A stretch of 56,460 nt of DNA, counting the filler, from Asterionella formosa (Eukaryota), in the NCBI GenBank assembly GCA_002256025.1. It is 6 parts of 6 records of this genome, joined end to end, with 100 filler letters (N's around TTAATTAATTAA, not from the genome) between each part and the next. Parts side by side here need not be neighbours in the genome. Positions count along the whole stretch, not along the records: positions 1 to 9,337 come from NKIB01010792.1; positions 9,438 to 18,772 come from NKIB01010793.1; 4 more parts are not named here. One strand, written 5' to 3'. Position 1 is the stretch's first letter. Each line of letters opens with the position of its first letter. A program made the position numbers and the translations under genes. Below the pieces are notes generated by a model. That model was not told the DNA's origin, did not search any database, and worked only from the letters and a program-made list of their open reading frames with translations. Shown here piece by piece: positions 1-12,500 of this stretch.

Positions 1-1514
1 AATCTACCTCAAGGAGTGATGAAATTTCTGACCTAGAAAAGAGAAATGTTTTGAAGCAACAGGCAAAGTTGGAACGAGAAATGAAGAAGTTGGACTCATC
101 GTACAATCCAACTAAAAATGTTAAATTTCCTCCAGACACTTCACTACCAAATGTGATTGAGGAGGAAGCTTCTTCGAATAAGGAAACTGAAGTAAATTTC
201 GTATTCAATGCAAGTCTTGCATCGGACCCAGGTTTACCAAATAGTTATGATGAGGCAATGATAAGACCTGATCGCAAAGAGTGGATGAAAGCTATAAAGA
301 AAGAATTTGAAAACTTCCAAGCAAGAGGAGTATGGAAAATAGTTAAGAGAAATGACGTGAACAAGAGAGCTCTTAAGACAAGATGGGTCTTCCGTATTAA
401 GGAGGACGTGATAACTGGAAAGACAGTATACAAGGCACGGTTGGTTGTAAAGGGATATGAACAGATCCCGGGAGTTGATTTTACTGAAACATTCGCTCCT
501 GTTGCAAGTGATGCTACAATAAAAACTGTTCTGGCTGTTACTTTGTACTACGGTTGGATAGCGGAAGCAATTGATGTTGAAGCAGCGTTTTTAAATGCTG
601 ACGTCGACGAAGACATTTATATTGAGCCCCCAGAAGGATTGACAGGGATCGATCAGAATATACATATCTGCAAATTAATTAAGGCTATGTATGGAATTGT
701 ACAAGCTCCAAGATGCTGGTCCAAGACATTTGCGAAATGCATCACCAGCAAGAAAGGTATAACGAAAAGCGAAATAGACCCAATGTTGTTTATCTACCGT
801 AACAACAATGGACAAATTGAAGGGCTGTTGGCAAACTACGTGGATGATGGAATTATTTGTGGTACCAGGAATGCAGTGGACTACATGAAAAATATGATCA
901 AGGAGGATTTTAATATCACGGAACAAGGTCCATTACAAAAACACATTGATATTAAGTTTCATCATGTCAAGAACATGATAGATGAGGGTGAGTTGCATAT
1001 TGTTTTTCTAAGATCAGAAAACAATCCAGCAGACATTTTGACGAAGAATGTCAAAGAGCAGATTTTTACAAGGTTATCTGGACCTGTGCTGAGTGGTACA
1101 ATTTTAGAACTTCTTGAACATGGCAACGAGGAGGATGTCAAGAATATAGCATCAATGACTATAATGAGTCACAAGGACTGTGGACTCGACTATAGTCCAA
1201 TGAGTCAAATGGTGCGTTCCCATGTCAAGAAGCTTGCTAACGAGATTGATGTCTTAGATCAATCAGAAGAAGGTTTACATCAACGAAAAGGGAACACGAA
1301 GAACAGGTTCTCGAAGTGTGATGAATGGGATTGAAACTTAGTTTTAGTTTAATCTTATAATTAAGAAACAGTGAGAATTGACAGAGTAAGGTCAATAGCG
1401 AAAACTAGCACGAAGGCTAGCAGCAGAAAGAAGATAACAATACTAGTGGTATAGCAGGTAAGTTCTACGTAAGAGGAACCCGTCAGACGGGAAGGAGTAC
1501 GAGACCTTTCAACA
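1..1514 (+). mobile_element. Ty1/copia (CoDi-like) LTR retrotransposon, 3' part, internally deleted
   Basis: ORF 51-1334 has copia RT motifs (WVFRIK, YKARLVVKGYEQIPGVDFTETFAPV, IDVEAAFLNA, KAMYGIVQAPR, YVDDG) fused directly to the RNase H tail (KHIDIKFHHVK...NPADILTK). A polypurine tract at ~1125-1135 is followed by the LTR. Cut by the window start. Confidence 0.95.
1136..1514 (+). repeat. 3' LTR of copia element, copy 1 (379 bp, TG...CA)
   Basis: Starts TGTCAAGA directly after AACGAGGAGGA and ends CTTTCAACA. Similarity to 21497-21877 stops exactly at this CA. Confidence 0.9.
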
Positions 1515-2367
1515 TTAGTCTAGTCCTCTGCAGAAATATGCATCCAGCAAAGCAATGCATGGACTGCAGACGATGAGTCGTGATAAATCTGGTAAGTAGG
1601 ATACATCTCCTACCCACTACCAGTAAATGCATTTCCCTCTTCTATGTATTACTCAAGAATCTACTCTTGCGGCGGACCGAGGACGAATTCGTATCATATA
1701 GAGGCTTAAACATAAAATCAAGGAAGTGATGATGAAATTGGAAAATCGCGACAGGGAAAAATCAATTTTTTTCACTCAACTGCCGGGTGGAGTGTACCAG
1801 GTACCTGGTACTGCACCAATGTACGGCTACCGTACATACTGCGATACATGAAGGAAATACTTCGACGTCACAAACCGAGACGTAAGCTGTTAAATAAGAA
1901 AATCACTAGCGGTATTGCCAATTGGATTAAGAAGTATCCGCGACGCACATTCGGGAATCACTAAAAAAAATAGTACCAGGTATCAATATATATCTATGGA
2001 AACGACTTTCTGGTCGACAAATACTGGTAACTATATTTAGATAAATACCTATCACATGTCTATTTGATACACGACATGAAAACAAAATAGCTACTGGTAT
2101 GTGATTTGATGTCCTGTCAATTTTGTTAAATTTCTGTTTCATTTTTCTTGATACGACCACCACTCCTTGCATGCTGAAATATGATTTGACGATATGTATG
2201 GTGCTAATTCATTTATCTTACGTACCGGTAAGTCCTTCTTTCTGTTATAAAAGCGCATTGTCCTGACTTTTTGGCAACAAACGAGATTGTGACAAAGTAT
2301 CCGGGGCTCGATATCAATTATATCATTGTTATTATAACTTTCTTCTGGTCCCCATCGCATAGCATTC

Positions 2368-4844
2368 ATGATTTCGAGAATATCCTTCATTTCTCTGCTT
2401 TTGCTGCTGCTTCTGCCATTATTTTCTGGAAGTGAGAACACTACAGTGGAATGCCTATTTCTCGAAGGTCATTTGCGACATACTGAGGAGTCACAGCAGG
2501 ATGACGAAGTTGTTTATAGGTGCATGACGGCAGCCCATCAAGAGGGAGATAACATGGGAGCAATGGTTTACGACCTCCCTTCCATTATTCTCAAGTCGCT
2601 GAATCTAAGTGAAATGGAGAGTGGCATCTCGAGGCTATCCATATCTGGCGCTTTCTTGCATCGAACAGACGACTTTCATGACGTTGATCGCATCATTGCC
2701 GACGAAGACAGCACGGTTACAGTGTACGACGACCAAGAGACACGTCGGAAACTTGCTGTTCGAACAAGGGGAACACGCAACGTTATTGTTGTTCGTGTGA
2801 GTGGACTTGATACAGAACCACAATTGAGCCGTTCAGAACTAGAGACAAGGTTCTTTGATAAAAGTTTGACAACATTCGTTTCTCAATATCAGCGATGCTC
2901 CAATGGAGCTCTCAACTTTGTCCCTGCCACGTTTCAGTCCGCAAAAACAAGCATTTCGAGAGGAGTCGGAGAGCTAACCATTCAACGAAAGCTCATTGGC
3001 GAAGTTATGTCACCAACCATTGAAAATGAGCTCTTTGTCCTTTTCCAAAATACGTTTGGGGACGTCGACAATTATGACAATATTCTTTATTGTGTAAGTT
3101 AAAAGTCGTCGTGCACGTGCATGTAAAGATGAAGATTTGTTCGCTAACTCAGATCCAAAACATTCTCTGCAGCTGCCTTCTGGACTGAATCAAAATTGGA
3201 TCGGCTACACGTACGGAAAAACATACCGATCATACTTCAATGATGAATGGTGTGGATATTACACTTTACCATTTCATGAGGTTGGCCACAATTTGGGCTT
3301 GAAACATTCTGGAAATTCCGTCAATGCTTGTAAGTTATTATCAACGAAGGATTGTAGAATCAGAAACTGTTTTTATTGAAGCTCACATTACGCATTTCAA
3401 ATTTACCGCAGACGAGGATCGAAGTTGCCTAATGGGAGTATCATATTCAGAGTCATTTGGCAAGCGCATGTGTTTTAATGCACACAAGTTCTTTGTGTTG
3501 AATTGGTTTCCTACTCGCACAGTGACTGTGGACCCATCTGTAGATGGCCCGTGGCAAGGAAATCTTGTCGCCTTTGTGGATATCAGAAAGATTTATGATC
3601 ATGACAGAACCTATGTTGTTGTTGTCAATGTCGGCGATCTGTACATGGTATACAATCGTGGAAAAGATTACAATGATGAGGTCCAAGAAGCGAAAGATAA
3701 AGTATCTATTGTTCAAGCCAATAGCACCAAAACTGCATCGGTAAGGGTAATCACGCTTGATACAAACAGGCCCTCATATTCTAGACAAGTTCGTTTGGGG
3801 AATGGACTTGAAACAGTGGTCATTGAGCTCTGCCGCGAAGTACGTGGAGCAGATATCGACTTTTACTCGATGAGAATATACATTGAAGGTCAGGTTTCTA
3901 GCTGCGACTCTTCAAGTAGGATTCGCGGAGGAACGCTGTTAATGCCTGCACCAAGTCCGGAGGCCGCTCCATCAACTCTCATCAATATTCCGTCTCTATC
4001 GATTCTATGCGACGACAACGCCACAGCTACATTTGATGTTCCAAATCAAAACGAGCAACAAGGATGTGCGTGGCTCACAATTCGACCCAAGCTTCAACAT
4101 TACCTTTGTCGTTCAGGATTTGATGCATTCGAAGTATGCCGGAATACTTGTTCACGATGTTCCACTGTTTGCCAAGACGCTCCAAACGAACATTTCACCG
4201 TAACTGGTGTCGATGGTACCTCTGTGCAACGATCTTGTTTATGGTTGTCACTTCGGATTGAGATGATTGCCTCGATATGTTCCAGCAATACTAGTGAAGC
4301 GTCTGTGGTATGCCCTGCGACGTGCCATACTTGTGATACACAACAAACCTACAATCCCACCCAACGATCCAACCCAAAACCCCCCACCCCTGCAGTGACG
4401 ACACGACAACCTTCGTCGAAACCCACTGTAGCACCCAGACTGCGACCTACGACTACCAGATCAAATTCTTTCGAGACATCCAGCATGCAAACAACAGCTG
4501 TTCTTGTCGATCCGAACATGTACTATCGTTGTACCGACAGTACTGGTCCATTCTTTATCAGCAACCTCGGAGAGTTTCAGACATGCCAATGGGTTGCTGA
4601 GAATTTTCTCCAGAAACAGGAACTATGTAATCAACAACCTGAAGTTCTTCACTATTGTCCCAAAACATGTCAAGCCTGTCATGTGCCGTGTAGGGACACT
4701 TTCGATACATTCAGGGTGGGATCTGTAACAAGAGATTGTCTTTGGTTATCCATGAGGCCCTCCACAACTCAAAATCTACTTTGTGTGGAAGGGACAGTTC
4801 CATATGTGACATGTCCAATGACATGTCACTCCTGTCTTTTTTGA
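2368..4844 (+). CDS. Secreted M11 (gametolysin-like) zinc metalloprotease with C-terminal Cys-rich repeats; exons ~2368-3093, 3173-3329, 3412-4844
   Basis: Hydrophobic signal peptide and HEVGHNLGLKH metzincin motif. Splicing restores YEDRSCLMG (Met-turn). Four C-D...C-W...C-P/R-x-TC-xx-C repeats surround a Pro/Thr-rich linker. Both introns are GT-AG. Confidence 0.85.
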
Positions 4845-5107
4845 TAATGACCATCATGACTGTATAGTCCGCCATGTGCACATAGTTAGTTTCACACACT
4901 TTCTAAAGAACACGCAAGGAAGGGAATACAAAAAATGGGGAGCAACGAAAGCTTAAAGTTGACAGCCATATGTTGTAGATGGTCTACTTGGGAGATGTGC
5001 TATTCTTGTGTTCAAACACAAATAGAGAAAAACAAGAGAATGACAACCAACTCATGCACTCAAAAAATAGAATATGAAAAAAGCCATTTACGGTGGTCGC
5101 TTTTCTT

Positions 5108-6051
5108 TTAGTTTCGCTTTCCTCGTCGTTGTGGTTTCGACGGAGAAGCACCACTACTACTCTCCCCAGTAGTATTAAGTGATGCTGGTTGTACTGTGGG
5201 AGCAGCTGTTGTAGCAGTAGGCTGTCGAGCTGTCGCAGGTGTTCCATTCGCCACGGGTGCTTCAGCTCCTGGTCCAATCATACTTACAATGACTAACGGC
5301 AATATTACGTACCAATATTTCATAAAAAAGGATTTGGGTTCTTCCGTGAGTGTAGGTGATGGTTGCCCTGGTTGTCCTGGTTGTCCTGGTGTCTTTGGAT
5401 AAAATTTGAGTCCTTGTTGAGGAGCGGTAATGGGTAAAATGGCAGGAATGACCATACCAGGAACAGCAGTCTCGAAGAATATTTTGGAAGTAAATGCAAT
5501 GCCACCACTATCCGGTACTGGTAGTTGTTCCGTCATTTCATTCATGGCTTCGCAGGGCGGAGCCAGGGGAGACACCAAGGGTGAGTAGGTTAAGGAAATG
5601 GCCGAGCCAACGGAGTTGAGTGTGACAGTGATTTCGTCACTTTTGAAAGGTGAAAGGCAGAGGGTGAGCTGATCGTTTTGGTGCTACTCAATGGTACTGA
5701 TCCAATCATAACTCACCGAAAGCTCGCTTGCCTCACTTGACAACTTGGAACACTCGTCAGGATAGTACTCTGTGTCTCTTGATCTATCAACTTGAGTTGA
5801 TATAGTCCGAAGTCCATCATGGCCTTGATCTGAGTAACACCCACCACAGCGTCGTTGTCATTTGTCAGAGTCATCTCCGCTGTGCCATCGTCCTTGCCAT
5901 GCAAAAGGACAGTTGCACGTGGAGCGAAATCACGACCGTTGAAGGAATGTAGCAGCGTCCAATGTTTCGTATCCTGTGCCACCGTCGTTGCTGTGGAGGC
6001 AGCGAGGACAATGAAGATCGTGGCGATGATGGAGGCGCGGAACTTCATCAT
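5108..6051 (-). CDS. EMC10: ER membrane protein complex subunit 10-like; exons 6051-5717 and 5639-5108
   Basis: Signal peptide, SFFMKYWYVILP followed by a TM segment as in EMC10. The GTGAGT...AAAG intron joins ASFR to DEITVTL in frame. Confidence 0.75.
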
Positions 6052-6438
6052 GGTGCTTCTAGCTTACCGGTAGTACCAGGTACGGAGTACTCCGAAGTAT
6101 GATGTTCTCGTATTGTACAAGTTAAAATAGATGGCGGGTGCATAACATACCATGTCGGTAAGCGAATGGAGAATCATAGGTGAATATAAAGATTGATGTA
6201 GAATGGGGATGTTGGACCAGCGGTACATATCCTTATACGACCACCCGAACCTGCAAGTTGCGGAAATTTTGCTTAAACTAAAAGTTTAGCTATCTTTATC
6301 CGATATTGAATTGTTAGTTTAAGCAAAATTACCATAACTAGCTGGTGGGGTACCAGGTACTGTACCGAAATCCTTAATAGCACGACCAGTAAAAAACTGC
6401 ATTGACACATGTTAAGGTTGCAAACACGGTATAACCCA

Positions 6439-7681
6439 AGTTTGTAGTAGAATCACTAGGGTTGTTATCCCTTCTCATTCCCAAGAATCATTTTTCAGCT
6501 TAATAAATATTCAAATTTTGCAATGGCAAATCATTTGGCAAAATATCCAAGACATATACCAATATACCAGTATGCAAAAGGGTCATTAAGAAAATCAATT
6601 CGTATTCAGCAATTTTTAGTCACCGTCAGCAAATTCTATTCTTACTCAGCAGATTCTATATGTAGTCTGCGAAATTTCTAATTGTTTTCCAAAACTAGAG
6701 ATGCTTTCTCAAATGGTTCATCAGTCAGCAAGTCCTACTAGTCATAGCTAGTATTCTGCAAAACTGAGACATGTTCAGTGACTGCATCTGCAAATCATCA
6801 TTGGTCAATAACAATAAATGTTTCCTAAATTAGTTAAAAGGAATATTTAAAATCAACAGCTGAGATATCTCACCCAGCAGGCATGAAAAAAATCATTGGG
6901 GGTGAGTTGAAACAGGATAGGATCGCATAAACTGGTGTGCATTACTGGAACTCCCTGGTGGCTGAGCATTATAGCTCCCATTTTGTATTCACTAAAGTAC
7001 ATTTACCGATAGCTGGTTTTACAAAACCTGTGCCACGAAGTGGTGATCATACCACAGACGATGTTAAAGAGTGAATTGATGACGTTTTCTATGTATTCAA
7101 ACGACTGTCCAGCGTCACATTATCAATTTCAGCAAAATGGCCAAAACTTGCTGGTACCAGCAGCAAGTTGCGGTAATTTTGCAATATCTAGTTCCATTTA
7201 CGACTTTGTGCCGGCAATACAACTGATTCCAATTCCAAATTGATAGATGTGTCTCTTCTTGATATCCGTTTAATAAACCAACCCGACCGACTTGTTGTTC
7301 CTATATCTATATTTAGCTTTAATCTGATTTAGCCTAAAATATTGAGACCAACCTGTTGTGATTATTCTTCCATTTGCTTCCGTTGGTTTTGCTTAAAATG
7401 GTGGAGAATGCAGGAATCGAACCCGCCACCACAGAAGGGTGAGCTAACCACTAAGCCATTCCCCAGTTTCTGACCAGATCCTATACACTGATGTCATACA
7501 GAGTTGATATATATTCCTACTTTGATCAATGACTGTATCTAAGCATATGGAAAAGGTGTATATTGGTGAATGTTCCATTTAGCAATGTACATTTATGTTT
7601 TACTTGCAAGAAATCTGTGTTTGACTTCTCTCACAATTTTTTTTAACCCTACCTTGAGCTAGTGATTCCAATGCAGAAACT
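6439..7681. mobile_element. Older, diverged non-autonomous TIR element related to 19107-20338
   Basis: 7465-7681 aligns by eye with 20116-20338 and is followed by TTAA (7682-7685). The left end AGTTTGTAGTAGAATCACTAG (6439-6459) is a degenerate inverse of the right end CTAGTGATTCCAATGCAGAAACT. Similar length (~1243 vs 1232 bp). No left TTAA is visible. Confidence 0.6.
7399..7464 (-). ncRNA. tRNA-Ala-like 66-nt unit lacking a normal anticodon arm (pseudo-tRNA or Pol III ncRNA)
   Basis: Minus strand reads GGGGAATGGCTTAGTGGTTAGCTCACCCTTCTGTGGTGGCGGGTTCGATTCCTGCATTCTCCACCA-TTTT. It has a 7-bp acceptor stem with G3:U70, discriminator A, CCA, a T-arm, A box TGGCTTAGTGG, B box GGTTCGATTCC and a downstream T-run. 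Confidence 0.75.
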
Positions 7682-8339
7682 TTAAAGTAGCAATTTTGCT
7701 TATTGTGACGTCATCATTTAAATGCTGCTGCCATCACAGTCACCTCTATAGTACGACTTACGCAATCATTCTGTAGCTAACTACTGAATACGCACTGGTA
7801 AACATATACCGGCTCTGGAATATAATTATTAAGCTGAAATAATGCGTTTCTTTGTACATATAAACCGCTGTAGTGTAGTTGCAACCGGCTGGAGAATCCT
7901 TCATCATCATGTCATCACAGCGTCGTTGACCATGATGAAAATAGCGAATATCTCGACGAAAAATGAGAACGATGCTTTCCGTTTTGATACATATATCAAA
8001 CACGACATAGATATTACAATCGTAAAAATAACTCTAATAGCACCTATACTGACAACGAAAATTGAAGTCGCCACTGGCACGTTTTTTCATCTAATTTAGA
8101 GATTTCAATCTTTAAACAATGATGCAACAAGTAGAAGCGACACTTTTACATTAGCTACTAAACAACAAACAATTAGACTATAACTACAGTATTTATATGA
8201 ATAATCGAAGCAAAAGATGTGAAATAAAGCTATAATCTACTGAGAATTGATTGATTGTGATGGGCAATTTGTATTAAGTCCTTGTCGAAGCCGACAAATG
8301 TGAAGCATTTGCTCCGGTATTTGATGTGTAGCCTCCCCC

Positions 8340-9337
8340 ACGATAAACTCACGTCCTGGAATGCAGAAATTGACCGCATACTACAGTTGCCCACGGTTGA
8401 TTGTGAAGTATTAGCGACCACGATCGGTCGACTGAACCATGCCTCGTATGTGATCCCAACCGCTCGTGCCTTTCTATGCCATCTCCGTCGTGCCGAACGG
8501 CGAGCAAGGGTCAGCGGAAAAAGAATTCCATTATCGGAATTACAAAAGGAAGAATTGCGGCAATGGCTCACCTTCTTACGTACCGCAAGCCAAGGAATCA
8601 GCCTAAACCGACTAACACTACGTGTTCCCACCATTCTCCTGCGTGCCGACGCCTGCCAACACGGAATCGGAGGGTTCTCACTCACATCGGGCCGAGCCTG
8701 GCGATTCGAAATTCCAACAGAATGTCGGGGACATCTGTCGTTGAACCTACTGGAGTACCTTGCATCAATCACCACCATCGCAACTGAAGCCGCAGTCGGT
8801 AACATCAGACCCGACGACTGCATTCTCTCCCAACTGGACAGCTCGACGGCGGATTATTGGCTTCACCGCGGTGGCGCACGGTTTCAAGGTCTAGAAAAAT
8901 CGACCCATTTAGCAATCTCTCGCTGGCTCGCCGCAATCCTCGAGCAAACCCAGGCGTGTAGCTACAGCCAATGGATCCCAGGAGATGACAACGTGATAGC
9001 CGATGCCCTCTCTCGTGACCATCATCTATCAAATGCACAACTAACACACCTCATCCATCACTCGGCCACCCACCAGATGCCCCCGAATTTCTCCATCTCG
9101 CCGCTCCCCACCGACATCGCCTCCAAGCTTACCTTATGGATGCAGATCGGGCGCGCTCCCAAGGACTTCAAGCTAACACCACAGCGAAGCTCAATCGCGT
9201 CTTCCGAATCTGGACCGAATTCCTTGCGTCCATTGGATTTTGTGATGTCACCGATCCATTCCTCGCCAACCTCTCCCCAGAACAACGCATTCGACTCATC
9301 GGAGCGTTCGCGCATGCCGTCCGGCAGGCCGAGTTCA
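8340..9337 (+). mobile_element. Tyrosine-recombinase retrotransposon (DIRS/Ngaro-like) fragment: RT end and RNase H, overlapped by the probable recombinase N-terminus
   Basis: GC-rich. ORF 8282 has ADACQHGIGG, LNLLEYLA, LDSSTA and WIPGDDNVIADALSR (DIRS-type RNase H). An overlapping frame from 9136 (TTAKLNRVFRIWTEFL...DPFL...IGAFAHAVR) resembles the N-terminus of retroelement tyrosine recombinases. 5'-truncated and cut by the contig end; left boundary approximate. Confidence 0.8.
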
Positions 9338-9437
9338 NNNNNNNNNNNNNNNNNNNNNNNNNNNNNNNNNNNNNNNNNNNNTTAATTAATTAANNNNNNN
9401 NNNNNNNNNNNNNNNNNNNNNNNNNNNNNNNNNNNNN
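9338..9437. other. Artificial contig linker
   Basis: N44-TTAATTAATTAA-N44, with stops in all six frames. Identical at five places. Confidence 0.99.
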
Positions 9438-9570
9438 AAGCGTGGAGATACTACCAGGTACAAGTCCAACCTGCTGGTACCTGGTACCGCCCACCACCTA
9501 AAAACTGCGTTGAACCTCTATTTCGCTACATTTGATCAGTTAGTATGTCTAAAACATTGAAATATTCATT

Positions 9571-12500
9571 TCAATCATCTTAGATGCTCCAGATGTTCAC
9601 AAGAGGTGCACAAGAGGTGGAGGATTATGATTTGGACAAATTATTCAACCAGATTCCATCAACAATGGAAGATATGATTCTTTATCACATAGAGCACGTC
9701 TGCAAATAAAAACCATCATATTTCTTGTATGATGCATCATAGGATTATGATCATCTGATCATAATTATTCATTGTATCATCTAATAATTTTGATGAATGC
9801 CCTCGTAATTTAAATAGTAACCTTTTGACCATGGAAATTTAATTATTATATGTATTGTTTCTTTTAGGTCCCTTTATTTAAATTTCTTGGTAGGATAATG
9901 TACCAGTTAAAGTAATGTGGTTTGGCTCATCAACCTCTCCAGTCCTCACTCTGATTCTTGCAGCAACAACAACAAAGCAGCCATGTTGAGAGGAACAAGA
10001 GTTTGTGATAAAATCTTCATTTGTCATTCAAGTCATCATATGTCTTCAATGAATCATCATCTACAGTGCAAAGTAGTATGTTCATACTATGCAATCCGTT
10101 AAGAGCTTGAAAAGAAATCCAATGAAAACGAAATGGCTCATCACACAAGACGAATATTTCCGGCCAGTTTGTTACCGGAGCATCGATCAGTGTTACAACC
10201 TCAATCATAGCTAAACAACATCCATTATAGAACAGCACAATCTGCTTCTCTGTAACATCGTCTCTCTAACAAGAACGTTATACATCTAGAATTGAAACAC
10301 AGGATTGCAGGCGATGTGCAGCACAAAGAATCATGAGACTGTCCATTTATAGTAACAGAGTGATTCTGGTTTCGTAATTTTCATGTCTCATTAGATTTCC
10401 TTTGTCATCGTACTAGTTCCTTACCTTTGAAGACAGGAGCGTATTCTTTGATTTATCTGGAATGGTTCAATGGATGGCAGTAGTTGTATTTAGACACAGA
10501 CCTAGACAAAAGCACTACTTTGTAGATGTTCATAAAAAGCCAGACACTTTCTTGGCATATCGACCACCAGCCAGTCTATACTGCAAAAATGCAAGAAGCA
10601 CAAGTTGAATGCCCAATTATGGATTCAAGTTTCAGTAGTGCAACAATGTAAAATATTAGAGATCGGAAGTCACATTTCATCTAATTACGGTTTTCATTAG
10701 CTATACTAGTATTGATTGAAAGGAAGCAATGGTAGAATGGCTGCCAAACGGGTGGGGGGGGGGGGAAAAAAAAGAAAACAAATAATTTTTCTCCCCAATC
10801 ACTTGCTACAGAAAATGGAGAACAGCCGCCATGATCTGTTGATTGTTGCTCTATGGTGCCACTGACCAAAACCTCCAGAAATCTCAATGAGTTGCTTGGC
10901 TATTTCTTGACTTGAATGCAAAAGGGATCAAAACCAGTGGAAAAATCAAAAGGGAAATAAAAATGCTCTGCAAACATCAGGACAATTGTGAAAGAGAAAT
11001 GAAGGTTCTTGGGAGGAGAAGTAAAGGGATAATTGCTTCTGGTCTTGCGGGAACAAGAAAAGATTGACCCAAACAATGTTGACAAATAGGTACCTACCGG
11101 AAAAGTAAGCAACGCTTTCGGCATCATCAATTTATACACAAGCTGCGCTACCTGACGTCGTCAATATAGCTACCTCGATTTCATCAACGAAGAAGTCAAT
11201 GGGTGGAGCATGTGAGCAAAATCGGGGTTTATGTTTTCTTGACGCCAACGTGGGCCTGCTTGGCTGAACTTGCAGATGAAGGCATTGAGTAACCTGAAAG
11301 CATTCGAAAATTCGTATAGACAATAAATGGTGGCATACCATGGCTGCTCTTGGCTGACAGTTGCCAAGTCAATGTACAAACACAACAAGCAAGGGTGCAC
11401 AAAAGACACCAGTCCAATTTTAATCGAGTGGCTGATACATAGTATTGCGACTTACCATTATGCAATGAGGTGGACTTTGATCATTGCTTCGTTCGAAGCA
11501 CAATCAATTCGAATGCTGTCCAGTGAAACAGCCAATGAAAACAATTGCGGCGAAAAAGGCAGAACAGATCAAGAGATTTCATAGGAATCAAAATAACAGG
11601 GCATATATATTGCACTGCTCCTTTTGAAAACTATATTTGATCATTTCCATACTTCATATCATGCAGGTGCATGGATGACTCCTCCCATCCTTTCATTAGA
11701 TATGCAACCATTTTGCGATAATTCTACAAGACCTATATGATTGGTAGTCTGGTGGTCATCATTTCCGCATTCTACATACCAGTAAAAGTCATAAATGCAT
11801 GCATGCTGTGATATTTCTTACAAGACATAAAACTTTGGTAGCTTGGTGTGGGTTATCACTTCCATTCTGTATACAGGGGGGACGGGGGTTGCATGCATGA
11901 GCAAGCAACTGCTCTGGTATAAACTATGATCTTTAATCAATCAATGTTGATTCGTTTATCCTATCATACCTTTGATCATAACATATTGATCATATGATGA
12001 ACAGTGTAGTTGATGAGAAAATGAAAGATCAACATTTATTTTCAAGAATCAGGATTAATTGATCTTAAAAATATGATCAAATGATCCTATACACATGAGA
12101 ATATTCAGTTTTCCACTGCACTATTGTGGTACTCCCATGATAGAAGTAATACCCAGCAAGTATACAGTACTATCAGCAGGCCATGTGAATTTTTCTAATG
12201 TATATGGTCAATGTGTCTGTATACATAAATGTATGATTTCGACCATTTGAAAAATTGGTGATGACTCCCGTTTATTAAGGGGCTTAATTAATTAAATCAG
12301 CCACTGACTTGTAGGTACAAAAACTGACAGAAAACAAATTGAAAAAATTCAACAGGTCGTGGAAAACTATGAACTCATCATGCATTGTATGTATTTGAAT
12401 TATGTATAATCAAAATTGATATTACTAGCATACACAGGATGTGCCATGTAATGAGCGTGTTTAAAACTATGCAAATATTCAACTATATAAACATTTAAAC

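Noticed and set aside
7399..7464. Functional tRNA-Arg(UCU) via the CACC-CTTCTGT-GGTG hairpin
   Set aside because: That fold leaves no variable loop and only a 4-bp stem, the length is about 10 nt short, and the acceptor stem has Ala identity.
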